Assembly (NCBI GenBank): GCA_044374495.1
Contig: JBILOM010000001.1
Coordinates: forward strand, 1 to 49,614
Reading direction: 5' to 3'
Origin: Ilumatobacteraceae bacterium
GTDB lineage: Bacteria > Actinomycetota > Acidimicrobiia > Acidimicrobiales > Ilumatobacteraceae
Length of the DNA stretch: 49,614 bases
The translations under genes and the position numbers were made by a program. Below the pieces are notes generated by a model, which ran no database searches, was not told where the DNA came from, and was given only the letters and a program-made list of their open reading frames with translations. Shown here in pieces: positions 34,528 to 44,198 of the stretch. Every line of letters begins with the position of its first letter. Within the stretch, counting starts at the first letter, position 1.

Positions 34528-36483
34528 GTGCCTACACAATTGAGCCCCGAACAAGACGCCCTCGCTATCTCGATAATTCGAGGGATTGCGATGGATGCTC
34601 CCCTAGCTGCAAACAGCGGACACCAAGGAACAGCGATGTCGCTTGCTCCACTGGCCCATGTTTTGTATAGCCGAATACTGAATCACGATCCAACAAATCC
34701 TGACTTCATTGACCGCGATCGTTTAATTCTTTCAAATGGGCACGCTTCCATTTTGCAGTACGCAATGTTGTTCTTGTCAGGTTATGGCTTGGAGATTTCA
34801 GACCTCAAGTTGTTCCGTCAGTGGAATTCAGCAACACCTGGTCACCCAGAAGTTGGACATACGGCAGGCGTGGAAGTGACAACCGGCCCATTAGGTCAGG
34901 GGTTTGCAAATGCAGTCGGAATGGCAATTGCCGAATCTCATCTGCGTGCCGTCCATGGGAAAGATGCAATAAATCACCACACATACGTCATAGCTGGCGA
35001 TGGGTGTCTGATGGAGGGAATTAGCCATGAGGCCGCTTCTCTTGCAGGCCATCTAAAGCTTGATCATCTGGTGTGCATCTTTGATGACAACAAGATCACC
35101 ATCGATGGCAGTACCGCGCTGACATGCAGCGACAATGCGCCAGCACGCTTTCGCTCGTACGGATGGAATGTGATTGAAGCTGGAGAAATTGCAGAAGATT
35201 GTGATGCTCTAGAGAAGGTGCTGGTCGCAGCACGTGATCATGTCGGAGCCCCAACGTTGGTTGTTCTGCGTTCACACATCGGTTTTCCTTCACCTGACCT
35301 CACGGATAAACACGAGGCACACGGGAACCCGTTTACTGCACCACTTGTTAGCGCAACAAAGAAAGTAATGGGAATTCCTGACGAAGCGTTCTATGCACCT
35401 GATGCATTTGTTACCGAGTATCGGGCACTCTGTAAAGAACGGGGACAGGCTGTTCACTCGAACTGGAAGAAACGCACTCAATCTTTGTCGCCTTCCCTAA
35501 CACCAGCTACATTTGGCATCGCAAGTAAAGAACTCATCGCTTCAGTACTTCCGATTTTTCCTTCCGATACGAAATTGGCAACACGTCAAGCATTTCAAAA
35601 AGTGCTCGAGGCCACAGGAAGTGCCATGCCATTCGTGCTTGCAGGTGCTGCAGACCTGACTGGCAATACCGGAGCAAAGCTTTCCGACACAAGTGGTTAC
35701 TCGGCGGAGAACCGAGAAGGAAAGCAGATCTACTACGGCATTCGTGAGCATGCGATGGGCGCCGCGATGGTCGGGATGGCCCTCCACGGTGGCGTCTTGC
35801 CCGTAGGTGGCACGTTCTTCGTATTCGCCGACTACATGCGTCCGGCAATTCGATTAGCTGCCCTCTCACGAGCTCGAACCGTTTTTGTGTTCAGTCACGA
35901 TTCTGTCGGTGTCGGTGAAGATGGACCTACACATCAACCAGTAGAACAACTTGCATCGCTTCGAGCAATTCCAGGGTTACAAGTGATTCGACCAGCAGAT
36001 GCAAATGAAACTGCTCACGCTTGGTTGATTGCAGCCACTCATGACGGACCAACTGCGCTTATCTTGTCTCGCCAAACTGTCGTGGCACTCACGGATGGCT
36101 CAGCTGTTTCAGACGGTGCCGGCGTGCTTGTCAAAACCGACTCACCGCAGGCAACCATCATTGGCACAGGAAGCGAATTATCAGTTGCTGTGGATGCTGC
36201 AGAGTTGCTAAAAAAAGAAGGACTGAACGTCAATGTCGTAACGATGCCTTCCTGGGAGCGCTTTGCTGCCCTATCGCAATCACGTCAGGACGAAATCCTT
36301 CCGCGTTCAATACCTCGCATAAGCGTGGAAGCAGGCACCACGTTTGGTTGGGCTTCATATGCAACACACAGCGTTGGTATTGATCGCTTTGGAGCAAGTG
36401 CGCCAGGAAATGTGGTTATGGCTGAGTTGGGAATTACTGCCAGTCATGTCGCAGACGTAACCAGAAAAGCGATCTCTCAATGA
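34528..36483 (+). CDS. tkt: transketolase
   Basis: SGHQGTAMSLAPLAHVLY, GHASILQYAMLFLSGY, the TPP motif IAGDGCLMEGISHEAASLAGHLKL and HDSVGVGEDGPTHQPVEQLASLRAIP. Starts 1 nt after nagA. Confidence 0.95.
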   Translation: MPTQLSPEQDALAISIIRGIAMDAPLAANSGHQGTAMSLAPLAHVLYSRILNHDPTNPDFIDRDRLILSNGHASILQYAMLFLSGYGLEISDLKLFRQWNSATPGHPEVGHTAGVEVTTGPLGQGFANAVGMAIAESHLRAVHGKDAINHHTYVIAGDGCLMEGISHEAASLAGHLKLDHLVCIFDDNKITIDGSTALTCSDNAPARFRSYGWNVIEAGEIAEDCDALEKVLVAARDHVGAPTLVVLRSHIGFPSPDLTDKHEAHGNPFTAPLVSATKKVMGIPDEAFYAPDAFVTEYRALCKERGQAVHSNWKKRTQSLSPSLTPATFGIASKELIASVLPIFPSDTKLATRQAFQKVLEATGSAMPFVLAGAADLTGNTGAKLSDTSGYSAENREGKQIYYGIREHAMGAAMVGMALHGGVLPVGGTFFVFADYMRPAIRLAALSRARTVFVFSHDSVGVGEDGPTHQPVEQLASLRAIPGLQVIRPADANETAHAWLIAATHDGPTALILSRQTVVALTDGSAVSDGAGVLVKTDSPQATIIGTGSELSVAVDAAELLKKEGLNVNVVTMPSWERFAALSQSRQDEILPRSIPRISVEAGTTFGWASYATHSVGIDRFGASAPGNVVMAELGITASHVADVTRKAISQ

Positions 36484-37583
36484 GTGATTCTCTGGCGAAG
36501 CTCTCATCTGAACACGGCCAAAGTCCGTGGCTAGATAACTTGCAACGCGGATATCTCACCTCTGGTCAACTCGCAGATTTGGTGAAGCGTGGTATTAGAG
36601 GTCTCACTTCAAACCCGACCATTTTTCAAAAGGCCATTCAGGGAAGCGCTGATTACGACGAACAGTTCCGAAGCGAGATTCTTAAAGGTTCATCTGCACG
36701 AGACGCATACTGGGAATTGGTGCTGCAGGATATTCACGGAGCACTCGACGTGTTTGCCGATTTGTATACCCAATCAAATGGTTCAGATGGGTTCGTCAGT
36801 GTTGAAGTGGATCCGTCTCTCGCTCATGACACCGCAGGAACATTGTCTGCTGCTCGCCTACTTCATGAACGTATTTCACGTCCGAATGTGATGATCAAGA
36901 TCCCAGCTACGCAAGCAGGGCTTCCGGCTATCAGAGAGATGATTGCTGAAGGTCGAAACGTAAACGTGACCTTGATCTTTAGTCTCTCTCGTTATCAAGA
37001 CGTGATGGACGCCTACATAGAGGGATTAGAACAGCGGATGGCATCTGGTTCGCCAGTCTCAAACATTGCAAGTGTTGCGAGTTTCTTCATTAGTCGTGTC
37101 GACAACGAGATAGACAAACGTCTTGATTCAATTGCCACACCTTCTGCCCTCGCATTGCGTGGTACAGCTGCTGTAAACCAAGCGCGGCTCGCCTACGCAG
37201 CGTTTCAAAAGACATTCAGCGGTCCTCGTTGGGAGGCGCTAGCAAAAGCAGGGGCATCAGTACAACGTCCGTTGTGGGCCTCAACGTCCACCAAGAACCC
37301 TGCGTATCCGGACACCTTGTATGTCGACCAGTTGATTGGGCCGAATACTGTAAACACTTTGCCTGATGCAACATTGGAAGCGTTTGCACATCACGGAACC
37401 CTTGCACGAACTATTGATATCAACATTGGTGTTAGTCGCCGTCAGTGGGCAGAACTTGCGATGAATGCAATAGACGTTGACGAAATTGCGGCCCAACTGG
37501 AAGCCGAAGGCGTTGCATCGTTTATCAAGAGTTTCGACGAGCTAATCGGTGTTCTTGAAGACAAAGCGGATGGAATTTCGTAA
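36480..37583 (+). CDS. tal: transaldolase (long actinobacterial type)
   Basis: QSPWLDNLQRG, GLTSNPTIFQKAI, VSVEVDP, MIKIPAT (Schiff-base Lys) and ASVASFFISRVD. 4-nt overlap with tkt. Confidence 0.95.
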   Translation: MSDSLAKLSSEHGQSPWLDNLQRGYLTSGQLADLVKRGIRGLTSNPTIFQKAIQGSADYDEQFRSEILKGSSARDAYWELVLQDIHGALDVFADLYTQSNGSDGFVSVEVDPSLAHDTAGTLSAARLLHERISRPNVMIKIPATQAGLPAIREMIAEGRNVNVTLIFSLSRYQDVMDAYIEGLEQRMASGSPVSNIASVASFFISRVDNEIDKRLDSIATPSALALRGTAAVNQARLAYAAFQKTFSGPRWEALAKAGASVQRPLWASTSTKNPAYPDTLYVDQLIGPNTVNTLPDATLEAFAHHGTLARTIDINIGVSRRQWAELAMNAIDVDEIAAQLEAEGVASFIKSFDELIGVLEDKADGIS

Positions 37584-38613
37584 AACAGTGGCCACATCAT
37601 CGAATACCCAGAAAGCAATAGAAGATTTGCTGAAGAGTTTCGAAAATGTACAACGCACTGCATCAGATGTGCGCCAGTTGAATCGATTCATAAACACGGT
37701 ATCGGGTCTTGTGAGTGGCCCGTCCTCTTCTCTCGACATCAAAATCGCAAGTTCTGCTGTTGAAGAAATGAGCAGAGCGTTCACTATGTTTGCGCCATAC
37801 AGAGACGTTCGGAAAGTTTCGATTTTTGGTTCAGCACGAACGACTCCGGACAGCCCCATCTACGCCTTGACCGCAGCCACCGCTAGAGCTCTAGCGGATC
37901 ATCAATTCATGGTTGTCACCGGTGCAGGACCAGGAATTATGGAAGCAGGGATGGTGGGCGCAGGCAAAGAAAACTCCATCGGAGTTTCGATTCGACTTCC
38001 CTTTGAGACCGGTGCCAATTCCGTTATTGCCGGAGATGACAAGTACGTCAGCATGCGATACTTCTTCACTCGCAAATTGATGCTTGTCAAGGAGTCCCAC
38101 GCTTTTCTCTGTATGCCAGGCGGCTTCGGAACCCTGGATGAGACCTTCGAATTACTTACCCTTGCTCAGACTGCTAAATCGGTTCCTGTACCAATTGTTT
38201 TCCTTGAGGTCCCTGGCCACCCGTTCTGGACGCCCCTGATGAAAGCAATGGAACCATTACTGCTCGATCATGGACTCATCTCTCCCAGTGATACGTCGTT
38301 GTACACAATTACAGACAACATTGAAGACGCTGTTAGCGAAATCACTCGTTTCTATTCGAACTACGACTCGATTCGATTTGTCAACGATGTTCTATACATT
38401 CGGATGCAACGGGCGGTGCCATCTGATCGATTTTCAGAGATAGCAATTCGCTTTGCATCTCTTGCGACAGATGGAGAGATCCTGCAAACCACTGCTACTG
38501 CAGAAGAAGTGAAAGATAACGATGTGCCAGATATGCCACGAGTGAGTTTGAAATATGCAGCCAAAGGTTTTGCTGATCTGCGAGGACTTATCAACGCACT
38601 GAACGAGTTCTAG
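37570..38613 (+). CDS. LOG-family / PpnN-like nucleotide 5'-monophosphate nucleosidase (TIGR00730 family) with extra C-terminal domain
   Basis: VSIFGSART...VVTGAGPGIMEAG and PGGFGTLDETFELLTLAQT are the LOG signatures. The start is uncertain: ATG 37549, ATG 37570 or GTG 37588. Confidence 0.8.
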   Translation: MEFRKTVATSSNTQKAIEDLLKSFENVQRTASDVRQLNRFINTVSGLVSGPSSSLDIKIASSAVEEMSRAFTMFAPYRDVRKVSIFGSARTTPDSPIYALTAATARALADHQFMVVTGAGPGIMEAGMVGAGKENSIGVSIRLPFETGANSVIAGDDKYVSMRYFFTRKLMLVKESHAFLCMPGGFGTLDETFELLTLAQTAKSVPVPIVFLEVPGHPFWTPLMKAMEPLLLDHGLISPSDTSLYTITDNIEDAVSEITRFYSNYDSIRFVNDVLYIRMQRAVPSDRFSEIAIRFASLATDGEILQTTATAEEVKDNDVPDMPRVSLKYAAKGFADLRGLINALNEF

Positions 38614-38795
38614 GTTGAACGCAAAATAAATAGCGCTTTGTCAACTGATCGTCTGGCTTGTGAGACCTTCTTCTCTAGCGGGGGTCGTTCCTTCTCCCCA
38701 TTTCTGATGGCTCCAGTTATCAGTGACATTGCGGCATCGTTCAGCGCTTCGCTGGCTCTTTCAAGGTCGGAAATTATCGCGTCTATATCACTCAT
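38610..38795 (-). CDS. small helical hypothetical protein
   Basis: 61-aa ORF with GAAAGG about 9 nt upstream of the ATG and helical, charged composition. Its stop overlaps the LOG stop by 4 nt. I do not recognise a family. Confidence 0.45.
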   Translation of the reverse strand: MSDIDAIISDLERASEALNDAAMSLITGAIRNGEKERPPLEKKVSQARRSVDKALFILRST

Positions 38796-38850
38796 AGTGA
38801 AGGCCTTTCAGATGACTGTTAGATGAATACTGTGCCACAAGCGTGGCGGT

Positions 38851-39618
38851 ATGTGCAGAGAGGGGCCATATGGCGTAGCGTTACCTCTTGTGCCTAGAGA
38901 AGACCAACCACACGAATGGATCAGCTTTGAAGATCCCGACGAAATGCGTACCTGGATGCTTGATGCAACATTCTTGCGATCCAGTTACAAATGCATTTAC
39001 GGTCAAGGCTGCCAAGGCATCCTTGATGATGCCTCACCGGAATTGATGCACGGGTGTTGCTCTTTTGGTGCCCATTTCCTTGATGAAAAAGACTTCAAGA
39101 ACGTCACCAAATACGTAAAGCGTCTTAAGGGCCGTCATTGGAAGAACAAAGACAAGGCCAAAGATAAGGGATGGTTCTCAACAGAGAAAGACGGCGAGAA
39201 AAAGACCCGTGTTGTCAACGGTGCTTGCATCTTTCATAACCCTCCGGGCTTCGAAGGTGGCACTGGTTGTGCATTTCACATCGCAGCTGTTGAAGCAGGC
39301 GAACGTCATATGGACTGGAAGCCAGACGTTTGTTGGCAAGTGCCTATTCGCCTAGAAGAACACATTGAGGATGGCGGATACGTCGTCTCAACCATTCGTG
39401 AATGGAAGCGTCGCGACTGGGGCGAAGGTGGAGACGAATTTCATTGGTGGTGCACCGAATCAGCTGACTCATTCATCGGCAAAGACCCCACATATACCTT
39501 CTTCACCGATGAACTAACAGAGATCATGGGCAAGAAGGCGTACGAAATCTTGGTGAAGATGTTGTCTGCTCCTGCCGGAGTGCCGCTTCCACATCCTGCA
39601 CTTCGCAAGAAGGACTAA
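38851..39618 (+). CDS. Cys-rich hypothetical protein, YkgJ/CxxCxxCC-like putative metal-cluster protein
   Basis: KCIYGQGCQG...HGCCSFG, then GACIFHN...GTGCAFHIAAV...KPDVCWQVP. This resembles the C..C..CC / C.F....C.I...KP..C..P pattern of UPF0153-type proteins. The start is uncertain. Confidence 0.6.
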   Translation: MCREGPYGVALPLVPREDQPHEWISFEDPDEMRTWMLDATFLRSSYKCIYGQGCQGILDDASPELMHGCCSFGAHFLDEKDFKNVTKYVKRLKGRHWKNKDKAKDKGWFSTEKDGEKKTRVVNGACIFHNPPGFEGGTGCAFHIAAVEAGERHMDWKPDVCWQVPIRLEEHIEDGGYVVSTIREWKRRDWGEGGDEFHWWCTESADSFIGKDPTYTFFTDELTEIMGKKAYEILVKMLSAPAGVPLPHPALRKKD

Positions 39619-39625
39619 TTCGATA

Positions 39626-39644
39626 GGGCTAGTTAGCCCTTTTT
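39626..39644 (+). terminator. weak hairpin plus T-run after the Cys-rich gene
   Basis: GGGCTA-GT-TAGCCC followed by TTTTT, 8 nt after the stop at 39618. The loop is very tight and the element overlaps the typA stop codon. Confidence 0.25.
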
Positions 39645-41456
39645 GGAAGACTTACGACGCTCTTCAATGCTGAGGCCGCGCTTACGAATACGGATGCTCT
39701 TTGGAGTCACTTCCACAAGCTCGTCGTCGCCAATCCATTCGATTGCTGTTTCGAGTGTGTGGTCAACAGGAGCTGCAAGCTTCGGGCCATCATCATGGCT
39801 GTGTGTACGAATGTTGGTCTTTTCTTTGGCGCGTACAGCGTTCACAACCATCTCTTCGCCGCGTGCAGCTTCTCCGATGACCATTCCTTCGTACACCTCA
39901 ACACCAGGTGCTACGAATAGCTCTCCACGCAGCTGCAAGTTATCAAGCGCATATCCAGTGGTTGAACCAATGCGGTCTGCAATCATGGCTCCACCCAAAC
40001 GGTGAGGCAATTCGCCTACCCATGGGGTCCAGCCTGCATGCGTTTGATGCAAAAGCGCTGTTCCGCGAGTACTACTCATCAACATGGAACGGAAACCAAT
40101 GAGACCACGTGATGGTGCTTCAAACGACACAATGGTGCGACCCGGATCTCCAGGGCGAAGATCCGTTACACGACCTTTACGAGGAGCAAGCCCCTGGGTG
40201 ATGGTGCCCACGTGTTCGTCTGGAACGTCACACGTACCAGCTTCAAGAGGTTCGTGGCGCTTGCCGTTGATTTCTTTTGTGATTACTTCTGGGCGACCTA
40301 CTTGAAGCTCGAAACCTTCACGACGCATATTCTCGATAAGAACTGCAAGCTGCAATTCGCCTCGTCCAGCAACACTGGTGACATCTGGAGAATCAGTGTC
40401 AGCAATTTTGATTGACACGTTTCCAAGAATCTCCTTTTGCAGACGGTCGCGCAAATGGCGACTCGTCACGAACTTTCCTTCGCGGCCTGCATACGGAGAC
40501 GTGTTTACGCCAAATGCCATGCGAATAACTGGTTCGTCAACTTCTAGGCGTGGCAAAGGAGTTGTCACTGTGAGTGCTGAGATGGTGTCTCCCACTTCAA
40601 CTTCAGGAATACCAGCCAGAACAAAGAGGTCGCCCGCCGAAATGGATTCAACTTCAGTTCTGCCGATTCCATCGAACACGCTGAGTTGCGCGATACGGCG
40701 CTTCAAAGGATTTCCATCGGTGTCTTTACCCCACAAAGCGACTGTGTCGCCCTTTTTCATAACACCGCTATGTACACGACCAATAGCAAGTCGACCGAGG
40801 TACTCAGAAGCATCAAGGTTGGTTACAAGTGCTGCAAGCGGCGCAGTCGGGTCACCAGTAGGAGCCGGAACTGTTGTCAAAATAGTGTCAAGTAGACAAG
40901 AAAGATCTGCATCTGCTGCAGGCATTCCGATACCAATCATTGCACGACCTTCACGGGCCACTGCTGAGATGACTGGGAAAGACAGTTGATCATCTGAGCT
41001 AGCAAGATCAAGGAACAGTTGTTCCACTTCAACCAGAACTTCTTCAGGGCGTGCGTCCTGACGGTCAACTTTGTTGATGACCAAGATGACGGGTAAACCC
41101 AGTCCGAGAGCTTTTGAAAGCACATAACGAGTCTGTGGCAATGGACCTTCAGCTGCATCGACCAGAAGAACGATTCCGTCTACGAGAGCAAGTGCTCGTT
41201 CTACTTCTCCACCAAAGTCAGCGTGGCCTGGCGTGTCCACGATGTTGATAAGGGTGCTTCCATAATTAATTCGGGCAGCTTTAGCAAGAATCGTGATTCC
41301 GCGCTCGCGCTCCTGGTCGTCAGAGTCCATGACTCGGTCGATAACTGCGGCATGGGATGCAAAAGCACCTGTAGACCTCAAAAGAGTGTCCACAAGAGTG
41401 GTTTTGCCGTGGTCGACGTGCGCCACTAGGGCAACATTGCGTAAGGAGTTTGTCAT
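39633..41456 (-). CDS. typA: translational GTPase TypA/BipA
   Basis: [17 protein letters not shown] (G1), [14 protein letters not shown] (G3), NKVDR (G4) and EF-G-like domains through to the C-terminal TPKSIRIRK. Confidence 0.96.
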   Translation of the reverse strand: MTNSLRNVALVAHVDHGKTTLVDTLLRSTGAFASHAAVIDRVMDSDDQERERGITILAKAARINYGSTLINIVDTPGHADFGGEVERALALVDGIVLLVDAAEGPLPQTRYVLSKALGLGLPVILVINKVDRQDARPEEVLVEVEQLFLDLASSDDQLSFPVISAVAREGRAMIGIGMPAADADLSCLLDTILTTVPAPTGDPTAPLAALVTNLDASEYLGRLAIGRVHSGVMKKGDTVALWGKDTDGNPLKRRIAQLSVFDGIGRTEVESISAGDLFVLAGIPEVEVGDTISALTVTTPLPRLEVDEPVIRMAFGVNTSPYAGREGKFVTSRHLRDRLQKEILGNVSIKIADTDSPDVTSVAGRGELQLAVLIENMRREGFELQVGRPEVITKEINGKRHEPLEAGTCDVPDEHVGTITQGLAPRKGRVTDLRPGDPGRTIVSFEAPSRGLIGFRSMLMSSTRGTALLHQTHAGWTPWVGELPHRLGGAMIADRIGSTTGYALDNLQLRGELFVAPGVEVYEGMVIGEAARGEEMVVNAVRAKEKTNIRTHSHDDGPKLAAPVDHTLETAIEWIGDDELVEVTPKSIRIRKRGLSIEERRKSSKKG

Positions 41457-41489
41457 GGGGGTATTTCGTTTTCTGTCCGGCTATCCGGA

Positions 41490-41684
41490 TTAATCGATGT
41501 CGTCTTCGGAATCGTCTTCGTCTTCGTCGAAGCGCACCCCGTAGCGCTCGGCAATCGCTGCGTACTCATCATCATCGGTAGAACTCACTCGTGGTGAGTC
41601 ACCAAGACCTAGGTCTGCAGCACTGGGGCCTGCTTGCTTCAATTTCCGCGCTTCTTCAAACCGGCGATGTCGACCTTTTTTCAT
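41490..41684 (-). CDS. small bipolar protein (basic N-terminus, acidic C-terminus), DUF3073-like
   Basis: MKKGRHRRFEEARKLKQ...DDDEYAAIAERYG...DEDEDDSEDDID. GGAG lies 8 nt upstream of the ATG. The layout resembles actinobacterial DUF3073 proteins. The assignment is tentative. Confidence 0.55.
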   Translation of the reverse strand: MKKGRHRRFEEARKLKQAGPSAADLGLGDSPRVSSTDDDEYAAIAERYGVRFDEDEDDSEDDID

Positions 41685-41775
41685 GGTCGGTCTCCGAACA
41701 TTTCATTGGCATAAATGCCTACTGGACAACCGAAACGAGTGTACAGGTCGGTGAGACAAAAAGATGACTTTTGCC

Positions 41776-42960
41776 TCAGGACGGGTCAATATCAACCAGT
41801 TTTAGGCCAGATCCTGAAGTTCCTGTAAAGGTCAACGCCTTTCGACCAGCCACGAGGTCCTCGATGTCTGCCCCCACTATGTCTTTTCGCCACCCATGGC
41901 GAAGACGCGCGTCTTGTGATCCACTCAGAAGGTCAACAATGTCTTTTCGCGTCGCAAGGAGACCAGCATCAAGATCACTTTGTTTAGCCAGTTCAGTAAT
42001 CCAGGCTGACACCAGTGTCACTGCAGGCCTCATTGACTTCTCTAGGTCATCTCCATCGCTAGTCGGAAGATTGAGTTCGCCGTCGACAGAATCTGCGACA
42101 CCAAACTGAATGGCGTCCAGTAACGCCTTTCCATGAACTCCGTTCGCGTGTCTGTTGTCAACTCCCCTGCTCTGCAGCAAATCGTCCGCAGTACGCGGAG
42201 CACGTTGGGCAACTCCTAGTACCGCGATATCTGACAAGACATGACGAGGAGGAAGATCAAGATCCATTGCTCGTTCTTCTCGCCATTTAGCGACAGCTCG
42301 CGCAACGAAACGTGATTTGCCGCGCAAGGTGCGGACATCCTTGACGCGAAGCCAGGCTTCTTCTGGTGCGTTAGGTCCAGTGGGTTTAGTACGAAGTTCC
42401 TCGCAGGCTTCCGCTGCCCATTCCATTCGACCACGTCTTTCAAGATCTGTGAAAATGATGGACGAAAGTTCCGCCAAGTACGCAACGTCAGATGCTGCGT
42501 AGCGCAGTTGGTCTGAGGTAAGAGGTCTGCGCAACCAATCAGTAAGTCGATCGCCCTTCGGGACAACAATTTTCAAGAGTGACTGCAAGAGAGATGCAAG
42601 CGATGGCTGTGTGTACCCGAGAAAACTCGCACACAATTGAGTATCCAAAATTCTTGAGGGTACAAAACCAACGCTTTGGGTTAACACATCAAGATCTTGT
42701 TGCGCAGCGTGAAGCACGCACAAAGAAGGCCCGTCCATCAATGGTCGCATCAAAGTGGCGTCACACGACACGGGATCAATGACACCGAGGCGATCGCCAG
42801 TAGCAATTTGAATCAATGCCAATTGTGGAAAGTAGGTCTTTTCACGATGAAACTCAGTGTCCAGGTAATACACGTCCTGTTTCGATGCATACGACACAAA
42901 CTCCATCAATGCAGAGTTCGTGTCTATCCACTCAAACGAGATCTCAGGACGCTGTGTCAC
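41776..42960 (-). CDS. rnd: ribonuclease D (DEDDy 3'-5' exonuclease plus HRDC domain)
   Basis: YYLDTEFHREKTYFPQLALIQI (ExoI), VLHAAQQDLDVL (ExoII), YAASDVAYL (ExoIII) and an HRDC-like region. GTG start. Confidence 0.88.
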   Translation of the reverse strand: MTQRPEISFEWIDTNSALMEFVSYASKQDVYYLDTEFHREKTYFPQLALIQIATGDRLGVIDPVSCDATLMRPLMDGPSLCVLHAAQQDLDVLTQSVGFVPSRILDTQLCASFLGYTQPSLASLLQSLLKIVVPKGDRLTDWLRRPLTSDQLRYAASDVAYLAELSSIIFTDLERRGRMEWAAEACEELRTKPTGPNAPEEAWLRVKDVRTLRGKSRFVARAVAKWREERAMDLDLPPRHVLSDIAVLGVAQRAPRTADDLLQSRGVDNRHANGVHGKALLDAIQFGVADSVDGELNLPTSDGDDLEKSMRPAVTLVSAWITELAKQSDLDAGLLATRKDIVDLLSGSQDARLRHGWRKDIVGADIEDLVAGRKALTFTGTSGSGLKLVDIDPS

Positions 42961-43273
42961 CTGTGGTTACCTCGTGCCCTTCAACGATCCACATTCCGGT
43001 TCCGCCAGCAACATTGACAAATGTTGTGCCGTCGAGTGCAGGAATTGTTGACAAGTGGCCACACGCCCGAAGACTGCGTCCACCGGCTTGGCAGATGACG
43101 TATACGACTGGTGCAAGAGCACATTCAGTCTCACGGCCAACCAACTCTGACAGAGCAATATTGAGGGCGCCGGGCACATGACCTTCAATGTATTCGTCGA
43201 CTTCTCGAACGTCGATGACCGTACGCTCAGACAATGCAGCTAGCTCAGATATTGAAATTTCAGAAATTGACAT
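42944..43273 (-). CDS. rhodanese-domain sulfurtransferase
   Basis: VIDVREVDEYIEGHVPGALNIA and the active-site loop VICQAGGRS. Confidence 0.85.
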   Translation of the reverse strand: MSISEISISELAALSERTVIDVREVDEYIEGHVPGALNIALSELVGRETECALAPVVYVICQAGGRSLRACGHLSTIPALDGTTFVNVAGGTGMWIVEGHEVTTGDTAS

Positions 43274-43275
43274 AT

Positions 43276-43851
43276 CTAGATAGTAGTTGTCTCATCTGAA
43301 GGGTTCAGATCTGCAAACGAATTTATGTTGCGCACGGCATTGGCCGGTACAGGCACTTCGGCTACGTCAAGCAGTACGGCAGCACGGTGCACTGCACGCT
43401 CGTTTCTCTTCCAGACAGATTGCAAAGTTGCGGCGCACTCCTCTTTCGACCACGCGGCACACAACCAATTAAGACGATCAGTGCGCCCAACTGTTGCTTG
43501 CGCATCATTAAGGCCTGTAACTAAACTTGAAATAACTGCACTTGTAATAAAGGGCATGTCACATGACAAGACCACTACAGAATCATGATCGGCATGCTTC
43601 AATGCTGTGATCACGCCACCGAGTGGCCCTTCTCCTGGGTAGCCATCTTTCCTCCAGGTGCCGGTAATTGTCTTTGCGCGAGCAGCCGTACCGCCAATTA
43701 TCAGTACCTGAGATGCTCCGGCTTCATGTGCAGCACGTGACACTCGGTTGGCCATTGAGACCCCATCAACTTCATACGTTGCCTTGTCGACGCCCATACG
43801 TGAGCTATCGCCGCCAATGAGAATCGCGACCGTGAATTGCTCAACAGACAT
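43276..43851 (-). CDS. mobA: MobA-like NTP transferase (molybdenum cofactor guanylyltransferase family)
   Basis: VAILIGGDSSRMGVDKATYEVDG and VVLSCDMPFI. ATG 43851 is preferred over the ORF-track start at 43914. Confidence 0.75.
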   Translation of the reverse strand: MSVEQFTVAILIGGDSSRMGVDKATYEVDGVSMANRVSRAAHEAGASQVLIIGGTAARAKTITGTWRKDGYPGEGPLGGVITALKHADHDSVVVLSCDMPFITSAVISSLVTGLNDAQATVGRTDRLNWLCAAWSKEECAATLQSVWKRNERAVHRAAVLLDVAEVPVPANAVRNINSFADLNPSDETTTI

Positions 43852-43892
43852 AATGACAACGCTACGGGCTGTTCGCCATCTATGGTGATGGA

Positions 43893-44198
43893 ATGAACTC
43901 CTTATGGGCATCAACCGACATAGAAACCCTCAAAAACCTCGCTTTGGGGCTCTCTGGCGCCTCAATAGTTGTTGGCCTGATCCTGATGAAAGTGGTCTCT
44001 TCCATCATTGGAAAGATCGTGTCTTTAGTCATCTTTGTAGCTATTGCCCTGGCTGGCTACTCACAAAGAGCTCAAGTTATCGACTGTGCTAACTCGGTGA
44101 AGGCTCAGGCAACTGCAACTGCAACTGCATCAGTTGATACAACCTGCACCTTTTTTGGGCAAGACATAAAAGTCAAAGTTCCTCAGCCCTCGCAATGA
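43893..44198 (+). CDS. small membrane protein, two predicted TM helices
   Basis: LALGLSGASIVVGLILMKVV and IVSLVIFVAIALAGY hydrophobic segments. Contains a (GCAACT)n tract encoding ATATATA. No family recognised. Confidence 0.5.
   Translation: MNSLWASTDIETLKNLALGLSGASIVVGLILMKVVSSIIGKIVSLVIFVAIALAGYSQRAQVIDCANSVKAQATATATASVDTTCTFFGQDIKVKVPQPSQ

Noticed and set aside
40378-40989. 203-aa plus-strand ORF antisense to typA
   Set aside because: Same reasoning as above. It is embedded in a highly conserved GTPase gene and gives a Ser/Arg/Thr-rich product with no motifs.
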